A DNA stretch of 64,000 nucleotides from Alteromonas sp. (GTDB lineage: Bacteria > Margulisbacteria > Marinamargulisbacteria > UBA6595). Both the position numbers and the translations under genes were made by a program. Positions within the stretch are counted from its first letter, which is position 1, and the number at the start of each line of letters is the position of its first letter. This document shows, piece by piece, positions 38,494 through 47,517 of the stretch. Where the stretch lies: the NCBI GenBank assembly GCA_964220215.1, contig CAXPTH010000003.1, positions 5,246-69,245 of the forward strand, given 5' to 3'. The notes under the pieces are model-generated. The model saw nothing but the letters and a program-made list of their open reading frames with translations. It did no database searches and had not been told where the DNA came from.

Positions 38494-39219
38494 TCAATGG
38501 GATAAATAATTCGCAATAATACCCGCTGTAACCGCAACGTTCAACGATTCAACGTGGGGTGCTGTTGGAATTCGAATTTTTTCTGGCTTATAGCGGCTAT
38601 TTAGTGATTCTCGCACACCGTGGCCTTCAGACCCTAATATAATCCCCAATTTGACTGGTTTTTTTAGGCGTTTGAAATCGGGGTTCCCCGTTGGATCCAG
38701 TGCATACCAAGCTCGGTCCACTGGCAGCGCATCGTCGGCTAGGCTGACAACCGGTTGACGATGAATCATGCCGGCACTGGCTCGTACACAATCCGGATGA
38801 AACGGATCCGAACCTTGCCCACAACACACAACCAACGCACTGGGCAAAAATGCCGATACGGACCGAATAATGGCTCCCAAATTACCTGGATTTTGAATGG
38901 TATCGCACACAACCCAATGCGTATACTCAGCTTCAGCCGACCATGTCGGTTGGCGAATAATGGCGAAAACCCCTTGGGATCGCTGGGTTAACTTAATGCG
39001 ATTAAACCAGGATTCGCTAACGGTATAAACGGGCGCTTGAGCATTCAAGTCAAGGGCTGTCCCGTCGCGCAGAATGAAACATACAATATCAGCGGGCGGC
39101 ACTGCCTGCAAATGCTTGATTGACTCACTGACATAAACCCCATAAGACTTTCGTGCATCCGCTGCCGTCGCTAACCGATTAATTGTTTTATACGAGTAGG
39201 GCAGAGACTCAATAGACAT
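38494..39219 (-). CDS. SpoU/TrmH-family RNA 2'-O-methyltransferase
   Basis: GNLGAIIRS and SPOUT knot motifs (LGSEGHGV, LNVAVTAGI). Confidence 0.75.
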   Translation of the reverse strand: MSIESLPYSYKTINRLATAADARKSYGVYVSESIKHLQAVPPADIVCFILRDGTALDLNAQAPVYTVSESWFNRIKLTQRSQGVFAIIRQPTWSAEAEYTHWVVCDTIQNPGNLGAIIRSVSAFLPSALVVCCGQGSDPFHPDCVRASAGMIHRQPVVSLADDALPVDRAWYALDPTGNPDFKRLKKPVKLGIILGSEGHGVRESLNSRYKPEKIRIPTAPHVESLNVAVTAGIIANYLSH

Positions 39220-39401
39220 AGTCCCTATAATACGACTGTTTAGCCTTACAATTCAATAACGGATGCCCTTTATTTAATAGTTTTTTGTGATGATTTTTAA
39301 AAAATAATAACACATTTAAATTAAAATGCAGAGGGTGTTTGAAAATATTGGACAGCGGGTATTCGTTACTAGAGATACATTGAACAACAAAGGAGTCCAT
39401 C

Positions 39402-40523
39402 ATGAATAGTCAACAGTTTCAATATCATCGACGACATGGTTGGTCCAGTCCAATCCAATTGGATGCCGATGTGGATTTGGTGCTTGTGTTTGGGGATAAA
39501 CGGTTGGTTAAAGCGGATTCGCATAACCAAATAATTAATCGAAACTTTCCCAATGCGGTGATTGCCGCTGTATCCACAGCGGGTGAAATTCAGGGCAATC
39601 AAATTTACGATAACACGTTGTCTATAACGGCGATTACCTTTGAAAAGACATCTGTGAGTGGCATTCAGGTTGATTTAAGTAACTTTAAGGATAGTTTTGA
39701 TGCTGGGCAGGAGTTGGGTCAATCATTTAACCAAAAAGACTTGTCTCATGTTCTAGTATTTGCTGATGGCATGATGACCAATGGGTCCGATCTTGTTGAG
39801 GGTTTGGAATCCGTTTTATTGGATCACATTACGATTTCTGGTGGATTGGCTGGGGATGGCGTCAGTTTTAATGAAAGCATTGTGGGCTTAAATGGCAATA
39901 ACCAAACCAATCAGGCTATTGTTATCGGGTTTTACGGCACGGCCATTCATATTGAGCATGCCTTGCGATCGGGATGGACACCCCTAGGCCCCAAAAAGAA
40001 AATTACGTTATCAACTAAAAATACAGTGTATGAATTTGATCATAAACCCGCAATTGAGTTTTACAAATCGTATTTAAAAGAACAGGCGGATTCACTGCCT
40101 TCCTCCGGCTTATTGTTTCCGATTAAGCTATTCAATGATGATGATACACAGGTTATTCGAACCGTTGTCGGGCTTGATACACACGATCAGTCCTTACGCT
40201 TTGCAGGCAATATGCCCGAAGGCGCTTTCACTCAAATTATGCACGCAACAGCTGATGATTTGTTAAATGGAGTCACGCAAGCTGCCCAAACACTCGAGCC
40301 CCATCATCCGGATCTGGTTATTATGGTTAGTTGTGTGGCGCGAAAATTAGTGTTAGATAACCAAATCCACGAGGAAGTGCAGGATGTCTACAACTGTCTT
40401 TCGCATTCAAACTATTCAATGGCTGGATTTTATTCGTACGGACAAATTAATCCTGGACACACAAGTAAAAAAAGTCGTTTGCATAATCAAACCATGACAC
40501 TCATTGCGATTCGGGAGTCCTAA
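39402..40523 (+). CDS. FIST domain protein (FIST N + FIST C)
   Basis: 373 aa, SD aaggag. Paralogous along its full length to the ORF at 42283-43446 (MNSQQFQYHRRHGW... versus MNVEQFQYHDKTGW...). Confidence 0.7.
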   Translation: MNSQQFQYHRRHGWSSPIQLDADVDLVLVFGDKRLVKADSHNQIINRNFPNAVIAAVSTAGEIQGNQIYDNTLSITAITFEKTSVSGIQVDLSNFKDSFDAGQELGQSFNQKDLSHVLVFADGMMTNGSDLVEGLESVLLDHITISGGLAGDGVSFNESIVGLNGNNQTNQAIVIGFYGTAIHIEHALRSGWTPLGPKKKITLSTKNTVYEFDHKPAIEFYKSYLKEQADSLPSSGLLFPIKLFNDDDTQVIRTVVGLDTHDQSLRFAGNMPEGAFTQIMHATADDLLNGVTQAAQTLEPHHPDLVIMVSCVARKLVLDNQIHEEVQDVYNCLSHSNYSMAGFYSYGQINPGHTSKKSRLHNQTMTLIAIRES

Positions 40524-40581
40524 ATAGCGGACAACCTTACGCCGATTGCGTGGGTGTTACTCAAACGCATTGACTTGATTG

Positions 40582-41421
40582 TTAAACCACATGCAAGCTT
40601 AGCCCTTCATAGGCCATTGTAATTGAAAATGAATACGATTTTTCTTTAATGTAAAAGTTTATGCGTTCTCGCATTTCATCAATATCCTGATCGGTTCGGC
40701 AAGGATCGTGATGGGTCAGCACCAATTGTTTGATATTAGCCATGGCTGCCAAATCACACACTGATCGATAATCACTGTGTCCCCAACCGGACTTTTCTTT
40801 AATCTCTTCCGGTAAATATTGGCAATCGTGAATCAGCAAGTCACACTGTTTAAAAACGTTGGCAAAGTCTGAGACGGATCGCGCGGATGAGTCAGTAGAC
40901 AATAGCTCATTATCGGTACAAATGGCGATTGATTTTTGATCCAGGGTCAGTTTATAAACGGTATAACCACCCGGATGATTGGCCGGCACCGTATCCATAC
41001 GCAATGTACTGGGCAATGTTCTAGACTGTGAGTTAAATTGGTGAAATGTACAATTGCTGGGCAGGTGATCAAATTCAACCGGAAACTGCTGCCCATTCAT
41101 TTGCGATATAATATTGTTTTCCCATCCTTTCGGATAATCGGCAATGAAATGAATGTCTTGATTGGGAATGTACAAGGGCTTAAAAAAGGGAAGTCCCTGA
41201 ATATGATCCCAATGAAAATGGGTGAAGTATAAATAGAGTGGGTCGGTTTTATTAATAATTTGATCCCCTAAATCAACGATACCCGTTCCAGCATCAATAA
41301 TCATCGAATGCCCATTTTCCAGTATAATTTGCAAGCACGTTGTTTTGCCCCCATACCGGCAATAGGCGTCCCCAGAAATGGGAAGAGACCCCCGAACACC
41401 AAAAAATTTAATGCGTATCAT
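40582..41421 (-). CDS. metallo-beta-lactamase-fold hydrolase with class II cyclic-nucleotide-phosphodiesterase-like motif
   Basis: THFHWDHIQGLPFF is close to the class II PDE signature HxHLDHxxG. It is the last gene of the FIST-cyclase operon. Confidence 0.65.
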   Translation of the reverse strand: MIRIKFFGVRGSLPISGDAYCRYGGKTTCLQIILENGHSMIIDAGTGIVDLGDQIINKTDPLYLYFTHFHWDHIQGLPFFKPLYIPNQDIHFIADYPKGWENNIISQMNGQQFPVEFDHLPSNCTFHQFNSQSRTLPSTLRMDTVPANHPGGYTVYKLTLDQKSIAICTDNELLSTDSSARSVSDFANVFKQCDLLIHDCQYLPEEIKEKSGWGHSDYRSVCDLAAMANIKQLVLTHHDPCRTDQDIDEMRERINFYIKEKSYSFSITMAYEGLSLHVV

Positions 41422-42286
41422 GATGATTGCTCCTGTCTTGATCCAATAAGCACAAGTAACTCACTAGATTCGGCATTTCTTTCAAATTTAAGTGTTTATT
41501 TTTTTTAAATCGTGTTTGATACGGAGGGGATAATTTATGATACGTATGTTCTGTAATATGAATGGCATTGCCCACACCGTGTGATTCCATACGGCTAGCA
41601 ATGTTAACGGTATTGCCCCAAACATCATAATTAAACACCGTTTTTCCAATGAGACCCGCAATAATCGGACCAGAATGAATCCCGACTTTTAATTTTGATT
41701 GAATTGAATACGACAGTATCTTTTTTGAAAATCCCTGAATAATTGACTGTGCCATATCAATGAGTTGATCCAATTGCCCCTGACGGTGGTTATGGATCCC
41801 AGATACGACCATATAGCAATCCCCAATGGTTTTGATTTTCTGAACGTTGTACTGCAGGGCAATATCGTCAAACAGGCAAAAGACATCATTTAAGAAGCTC
41901 ACAACCGTTTGGGTACCCATTTGATCCGTTAATGCCGTAAACCCAACAATGTCAGCAAACAGAACATGGGCCTCTGGAATCGCATCCGCAATGGATGCTT
42001 CGCCCTGTAATACACGGTTGCTAATATCTTGTGGCAATATATTTAATAATATAGTTTCAATGCTTTTTTTATTGGATTCGATCAGTTCGTTTTTTTCTAA
42101 CAATTCACTGGAGACTAGAGATAGGGAATGCTCGGCACGAGCGCGGTGTGCCATTAGGTCATTAAACGCGATGTCACAGGCCTCAACAAACGCTTGAATG
42201 GGTGGGGGGAGTTGATTAAACGACTCCGACATCGGCAAATATTTTTTAAGGAGCCGCAATAACAGTCGATTGTTTACAGGGATCAT
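41408..42286 (-). CDS. class III adenylate/guanylate cyclase with N-terminal coiled-coil helix
   Basis: VLFADIVGFTALTD...KIKTIGDCYMVVSG...GIHSGPIIAGLIGKTVFNYDVWGNTVNIASRMES cyclase homology domain. Confidence 0.8.
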   Translation of the reverse strand: MIPVNNRLLLRLLKKYLPMSESFNQLPPPIQAFVEACDIAFNDLMAHRARAEHSLSLVSSELLEKNELIESNKKSIETILLNILPQDISNRVLQGEASIADAIPEAHVLFADIVGFTALTDQMGTQTVVSFLNDVFCLFDDIALQYNVQKIKTIGDCYMVVSGIHNHRQGQLDQLIDMAQSIIQGFSKKILSYSIQSKLKVGIHSGPIIAGLIGKTVFNYDVWGNTVNIASRMESHGVGNAIHITEHTYHKLSPPYQTRFKKNKHLNLKEMPNLVSYLCLLDQDRSNHHDTH

Positions 42287-43446
42287 TCAATTTCTCGCAT
42301 CGCTGTAATGGTCATGGTTTGATTATGCAGCAAGCTAACTGAATTGGCTTGATGATCAAATGGGCATAGTTCGCCATATGAATAAAATCCAGCTATTGAA
42401 TTTTTAGATTTGCTAAAAATTGCTGCAATTTCTTCAATTTCTTCATCAGCCTGCTGACCCATAATGAGCTTTCGGCCAACACAGCTGACCAAGATAATAA
42501 ACTCCGGATCGGGATTCATAGCCATGCTTGATTCAGCGGCTTCAATCGCGCCGCCAATGAGATCATCGGTTGTGGCATGCATCATTTGAGCCACAGTGCC
42601 TTCTGGAACATCCCCGGCAAAAATTAATGCGTTTTCCGTTTCATCAATGCCCACAACAGTACGAACCAATGATTTTTGTTTAGAATTTTGGTTATAAATT
42701 GATAATGGAAATAGTAGGCCGGAAGCCGGTAAATTTAATTCTTGATCTTGGGTATACAATTTATAGAGATCCAATGCGGCTTGTTTATCCAGCTCATACA
42801 GTATATTGTTATCCGCCCGTGTAATAGATCGCTTGGGGCCAAAGGGCCGCCATCCCCCACGGGACCCATATCCAATTTTTAATGATTGTCCATAAAACCC
42901 AATCATACAGGTTTGATGCGGTTTGTAATGACCATTGAGGCCCAATACAGATTCATTAAAGTCAGCACCGTCTCCAGACAGTCCGCCCGTAACAGCAATT
43001 GTTTTTGGAATCACGGAGTAAATACCGGCTAATAGTTCAGTGGCATTGGTGACGACCCCATCGGAAATAACAAATAGATGGCATAGATCATCGTGATTGA
43101 GTGCATTGGCCATGGCTTGACCCGCCATAAAATTGCTTGAAAAATCATTTAAATCCAACTGAATGCTTTTAATAGTTGTTTTTTTAAAGGTAACCGCGCT
43201 GACCGATAGGCTATCATCGTAGGTTTGGTTGCCATGTATTTCACCCGATGTTGATGAGACTAAAATAATGGCATTTGGAAAGGTGTCGTCTAATACCGAC
43301 ATAATTGCGTGTGTTTCTACTAATTTTTTAGCACCAAACACCAACACCCAGTCCACATTGGGCTGTATGTATAGTGGACGAACCCAGCCGGTTTTATCAT
43401 GGTATTGAAATTGCTCCACATTCATATTAAGCTCCTTATTATTCAC
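42283..43446 (-). CDS. FIST domain protein (paralog of 39402-40523)
   Basis: 387 aa. By paralog alignment the likely start is the internal Met at about 43425 (MNVEQFQY...). 4-nt overlap with the cyclase gene. Confidence 0.7.
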   Translation of the reverse strand: MNNKELNMNVEQFQYHDKTGWVRPLYIQPNVDWVLVFGAKKLVETHAIMSVLDDTFPNAIILVSSTSGEIHGNQTYDDSLSVSAVTFKKTTIKSIQLDLNDFSSNFMAGQAMANALNHDDLCHLFVISDGVVTNATELLAGIYSVIPKTIAVTGGLSGDGADFNESVLGLNGHYKPHQTCMIGFYGQSLKIGYGSRGGWRPFGPKRSITRADNNILYELDKQAALDLYKLYTQDQELNLPASGLLFPLSIYNQNSKQKSLVRTVVGIDETENALIFAGDVPEGTVAQMMHATTDDLIGGAIEAAESSMAMNPDPEFIILVSCVGRKLIMGQQADEEIEEIAAIFSKSKNSIAGFYSYGELCPFDHQANSVSLLHNQTMTITAMREIE

Positions 43447-43527
43447 AATCGTATTGCATCAATCATGATTGCTTATACGTTTATACCCGTTTAACAAAAT
43501 GATTAAACATAATTTGACAGGCTAATT

Positions 43528-43890
43528 TTGAATATGGTAATTTTCATTACTGTGATTTCCAATATTCTCATTGATAGTATTCGCATCAGTATTGCTATAT
43601 CTATTTTTTTTGTTTGGATTGTACGATACACCAATATTGTTGAAGAATTTCAAGAATACGGCTTCCCCAATTGGTTTCGAGACATCATGGGTATCTTAAA
43701 ATGCATTGCAGCCGCATTTTTGTTGATTGGCAGTGTGCCGCTGATGGGTGTTGCAACCGCTGTATTATCTATTCTAATGCTATCTGCCTTTATTGTTCAT
43801 ATTAAGCATTCGCATACATTCATTCAAATGCTCCCGTCCTTTAGCTTGGCTGTAGCCAATGCTTTTTTGTTCTATTCCTTAGTTTTATAG
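43528..43890 (+). CDS. DoxX-family membrane protein
   Basis: 120 aa, four hydrophobic helices, DoxX-like. Confidence 0.5.
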   Translation: MNMVIFITVISNILIDSIRISIAISIFFVWIVRYTNIVEEFQEYGFPNWFRDIMGILKCIAAAFLLIGSVPLMGVATAVLSILMLSAFIVHIKHSHTFIQMLPSFSLAVANAFLFYSLVL

Positions 43891-43892
43891 CC

Positions 43893-45065
43893 TTGACTCA
43901 AGCTGATGTTTTAATCATCGGTGGCGGTCTATCCGGCCTTGTCTGTGCACATGATTGTCAGCAAAATGGCGTTCGCGCGCATATTCTTGAAGCCAATGAA
44001 ACGGTTGGGGGTCGGGTGCGATCGGATCATATTGAGGGGGTGGTGTGTGACCGAGGGTTTCAAGTGTTTTTGCCCGCATACCCCACAGCCAGCGCGGTGT
44101 TTAAGCCTCTGGGCATTGACTGGAAAGCGTATCCAAAATCCGCCATCATTCATGGGGATAACCAACAATGGTTTGGGGCTCCATTTACCTCTGGAATAGG
44201 CGAAAAGCTTCGCCTAACCCCCCGGGATTATTGGCATTTTTTTCGCGATGTTTCCGCTGGCTTACAGAATCCCAAATGCACGGACACGGTACCAACCCAC
44301 ACGCATCTGAATCGCTATTCCAAAACGGTATCGGACCAGTTTTTGAAGCCATTTTTTTCCAGTGTCTTTTTAGACCCCGAGTTGCACGCTCCGGCATCGT
44401 TGTTTCAGTATTATTTGTCGTTGTTTGTCCGGGGTGGGGTGGCTGTACCCAGCCACGGCATGGGTGAAATTACTCAGCGTTTAGCTGCGCAATTAAATCC
44501 GGACACGGTGCAAACCCACACGCCTGTGACACGCATTAGCAAAGCAGACGGTATTTGGCAGGTTGAGACCGAAACGGGATCGTTTCTAGCCCCCATTATT
44601 GTGATGGCAACTGCGCATCACCATGCCTGTGCGTTGTTACAAGAATTGCCAAGCCCTACGCGTGCGCTACCAGTATCCACGCATTATTTTTTAACCGATA
44701 CTATTCCCAATACCTTGGGGCCGCTGACGCTATTTCCCAATGGGACAACGTGCCACCATGTAGCTATTCCAACACGGGTTGCCCCAAACTATACCCCCGA
44801 TCATCGGCATTTAATAATGGCCACAACGTATGGCACAGACGCCGTATCGGCTGAGGCTGTTTTGGATGAATTAGCACGCTACACCCAAACCCAACACTGG
44901 CGCTGGATTCACCATGTGAAATTGGCGCATAGCTTACCGGATACGCATGCCATCAAGCATCCTGATCCAACGTGTATTCTAGCCGGGGACTGGACAACAC
45001 TCCCATCGATTGAAGGGGCTTGTCGATCTGGCAAATTAGCCGCTCAGGCTATTGGCGTTACCTAG
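43893..45065 (+). CDS. FAD-dependent oxidoreductase (amine oxidase / protoporphyrinogen-oxidase-like)
   Basis: DVLIIGGGLSGLVCA...GGRV dinucleotide-binding motif; 390 aa. Confidence 0.65.
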   Translation: MTQADVLIIGGGLSGLVCAHDCQQNGVRAHILEANETVGGRVRSDHIEGVVCDRGFQVFLPAYPTASAVFKPLGIDWKAYPKSAIIHGDNQQWFGAPFTSGIGEKLRLTPRDYWHFFRDVSAGLQNPKCTDTVPTHTHLNRYSKTVSDQFLKPFFSSVFLDPELHAPASLFQYYLSLFVRGGVAVPSHGMGEITQRLAAQLNPDTVQTHTPVTRISKADGIWQVETETGSFLAPIIVMATAHHHACALLQELPSPTRALPVSTHYFLTDTIPNTLGPLTLFPNGTTCHHVAIPTRVAPNYTPDHRHLIMATTYGTDAVSAEAVLDELARYTQTQHWRWIHHVKLAHSLPDTHAIKHPDPTCILAGDWTTLPSIEGACRSGKLAAQAIGVT

Positions 45066-45598
45066 TGTTTTGTAAGCAATGTACCGCATCCATGCAGCGC
45101 TGTGTCCCCGAGCACGATACCCACGAGCGATGGGTGTGTTCGGCGTGTGCGTTTATTGATTACGAAAATCCAAAGATTATTACCGGTGTTTTGCCTGTAC
45201 TGGGCGATGAGGTCCTGTTATGCCAACGTGCCATTGAACCCCAAAAAGGATTGTGGACGATTCCATCTGGATTTATGGAAAACAACGAAACCGTGGAAGC
45301 GGGTGCCCTTCGAGAAGCCCATGAAGAAGCGGGAATCCACCCTAAAATTCAACAACTGTACTGCTTGTATAACTTGCCCCATATTGGCCAAGTGTATTTA
45401 TTATATTTGGCCACATTAGATTCAAAAAAAACCGATCCGGGTATTGAAACACAGGCGACGGCGTTTTTTAAATTGGATGCGATTCCATGGGATCAGTTGG
45501 CATTTTCAGCGGTATCTTTTGCTTTAAAGCAGTATGTTTCAGAGTATTTAAATGGCAAGCCGTTCCAACTTCATACTGAAACGTTTAAGCCTGAGTGA
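45020..45598 (+). CDS. NUDIX hydrolase with N-terminal zinc ribbon
   Basis: CKQC...CSAC ribbon, then NUDIX box GFMENNETVEAGALREAHEEAGI. Confidence 0.7.
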   Translation: MSIWQISRSGYWRYLVFCKQCTASMQRCVPEHDTHERWVCSACAFIDYENPKIITGVLPVLGDEVLLCQRAIEPQKGLWTIPSGFMENNETVEAGALREAHEEAGIHPKIQQLYCLYNLPHIGQVYLLYLATLDSKKTDPGIETQATAFFKLDAIPWDQLAFSAVSFALKQYVSEYLNGKPFQLHTETFKPE

Positions 45599-46058
45599 GC
45601 AACACCACACAGTGCACACAAATGCCTTCTTTTCGGCCAATAAATCCCAGGCTTTCACCCGTAGTTGCTTTAATATTAATCGTGGCACGGTCACACTGCA
45701 AATGATCGGCGAGTGTGGCACGCATTTCAGGAATATAGGGATTTAATTTCGGCGATTGGCACAAGATCGTGGCATCTAAATTGTTGAGTTGATAGTGCCG
45801 ATCCTGCATCAGGGCCACAACCTGATCCAATAAGTGTACGCTGTTGGCATTTTTATACTGAGGATCCGTATCGGGAAAATGAGTGCCAATATTACCCAAA
45901 GCCAATGCGCCCAACAGGGCATCCATAACGGCATGGGTTAAAACATCCGCATCACTATGCCCAGCTAAACCTTGAGAGTAAGGAACCGTAATGCCGCCTA
46001 AAATGAGGGGGCGGTTATCCTCAAACCGATGAATATCAATTCCAATCCCAATACGCAT
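45585..46058 (-). CDS. ispF: 2-C-methyl-D-erythritol 2,4-cyclodiphosphate synthase
   Basis: MRIGIGIDIHRF...GHSDADVLTHAVMDALLGA. Confidence 0.9.
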   Translation of the reverse strand: MRIGIGIDIHRFEDNRPLILGGITVPYSQGLAGHSDADVLTHAVMDALLGALALGNIGTHFPDTDPQYKNANSVHLLDQVVALMQDRHYQLNNLDATILCQSPKLNPYIPEMRATLADHLQCDRATINIKATTGESLGFIGRKEGICVHCVVLLTQA

Positions 46059-46582
46059 TAGCCAATCGATTGAATCAACACTACAACCGTTAGGATGACA
46101 ATGATTAAACTACTTAGCCCAGGCAAGGCCATCAACCAAGCGGTTTTTAATCCAGAGAGTCGATACTGATGCTGAATCACGTGATAGGCTTGAATGCCAA
46201 TATAAATATGAATAATAGACGATACCCACGACCATCCGGTCGGGTGAATCAATTGAAAGGGCAGATACAAAACCAATGGCCACGCAATTAGGGCCAAGGA
46301 TGCGTATAGCGATTTTAATTTTGACCGATACCCCAAATATTGAGCCCAAAAGTCCAAGCTAGCACTAATAATAGCCAATGCAATCAACCAGCCCATGCAT
46401 TCCAAGCCAACCCGCGATACCCACAGGCCCCAACTTGAAAACGGTTGGTGCGCTTGATGCGCCACACTAATCAGCACAGAAACATAAATCGCATGCCGCC
46501 AGGACAACTGAAAATCATGTTGGCGAATAAAGCCAATCGGTGACTCCACAATGCGCATAATCGTATGAACGGCTTGGCGCAT
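46058..46582 (-). CDS. Yip1-family membrane protein
   Basis: Five TM helices. Start trimmed to an internal Met to avoid a ~190-nt overlap with sppA. Confidence 0.45.
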   Translation of the reverse strand: MRQAVHTIMRIVESPIGFIRQHDFQLSWRHAIYVSVLISVAHQAHQPFSSWGLWVSRVGLECMGWLIALAIISASLDFWAQYLGYRSKLKSLYASLALIAWPLVLYLPFQLIHPTGWSWVSSIIHIYIGIQAYHVIQHQYRLSGLKTAWLMALPGLSSLIIVILTVVVLIQSIG

Positions 46583-46583
46583 A

Positions 46584-47504
46584 CTACTGGAGTTCAGGCA
46601 ATTGTGGGAACACCCATTGCATCGGAGATGAACTTGAGAATCGCAGCGACAGCTTATCAAACCAATCGGTAACGGATTGATCTCGGGCATAAACCAGCGG
46701 AGCGGATTCATCCAAACCCACAATGGCTTTACTGTGCGCAACGGCCATTTCAAAACCGCCAATTGCATCAATCAAGCCATTGTCTAATGCTTGGCGGCCT
46801 GAAAATACTTGCCCCATTGCCAAAGTATTGACCTGTTCGGCTGTTAAATTGCGTCGTTGTTGCACATACTCTTTAAATTGGACATGCACATCGTCGATCA
46901 ATTCTTGAACCAAGTGTTCCTCTTCGTCGGTTGGGTCTCGCCAGCTGGATAATAAATCCTTGTATTTTCCGGATTTGTAAGTTCGGGTATCAATGCCATA
47001 TTTATCCGGAACTTCGGTTAAATCCAATCCCTGCATAATCACCCCAATGCTCCCAACTAAACTACCGGAATTGGCAAAAATAGTATCACCAGCCAAGGCC
47101 ACCCAATAGCCACCCGATGCACATACATCGGCAACCGATACCGTTACGGGTATTGCATTTTCAGATTTAAACGCCACGATGGCCGAATAAAGCTCCTGAG
47201 ACGCCCCCACAGTACCGCCCGGGCTGTTTATGCGAACAACCAAACTTTTGATCGCCTTGTTTTTACGCAATTGTTTTAAATTTTTAATCACATGGTCCAC
47301 GGTTTGCGAATAAAAGCTGGTGCTTGAATAATTGTATGAAATAGGACCGTTAATCACAACAACGCCAACACTAGGGGTTGCTTTCCAGCTGGGCAGCGTC
47401 ACGCTAGCCGTGGGCTCAGGCTGAAAATTTTGAATACTTGAAACCCCCAATGCAATTAAAAACAATAGAATTAAAGCATAGGAAACCCAGGGACTTTTTT
47501 TCAT
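46584..47504 (-). CDS. sppA: signal peptide peptidase SppA (36K type)
   Basis: ClpP/crotonase fold, N-terminal TM, Ser/Lys dyad region (GYWVALAGD...). Confidence 0.8.
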   Translation of the reverse strand: MKKSPWVSYALILLFLIALGVSSIQNFQPEPTASVTLPSWKATPSVGVVVINGPISYNYSSTSFYSQTVDHVIKNLKQLRKNKAIKSLVVRINSPGGTVGASQELYSAIVAFKSENAIPVTVSVADVCASGGYWVALAGDTIFANSGSLVGSIGVIMQGLDLTEVPDKYGIDTRTYKSGKYKDLLSSWRDPTDEEEHLVQELIDDVHVQFKEYVQQRRNLTAEQVNTLAMGQVFSGRQALDNGLIDAIGGFEMAVAHSKAIVGLDESAPLVYARDQSVTDWFDKLSLRFSSSSPMQWVFPQLPELQ

Positions 47505-47517
47505 TATTTATACTATA

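Noticed and set aside
40524-40581. Possible terminator between the convergent FIST1 and MBL genes
   Set aside because: Only a 4-bp palindrome (acgc/gcgt) without a T-tract; not convincing.
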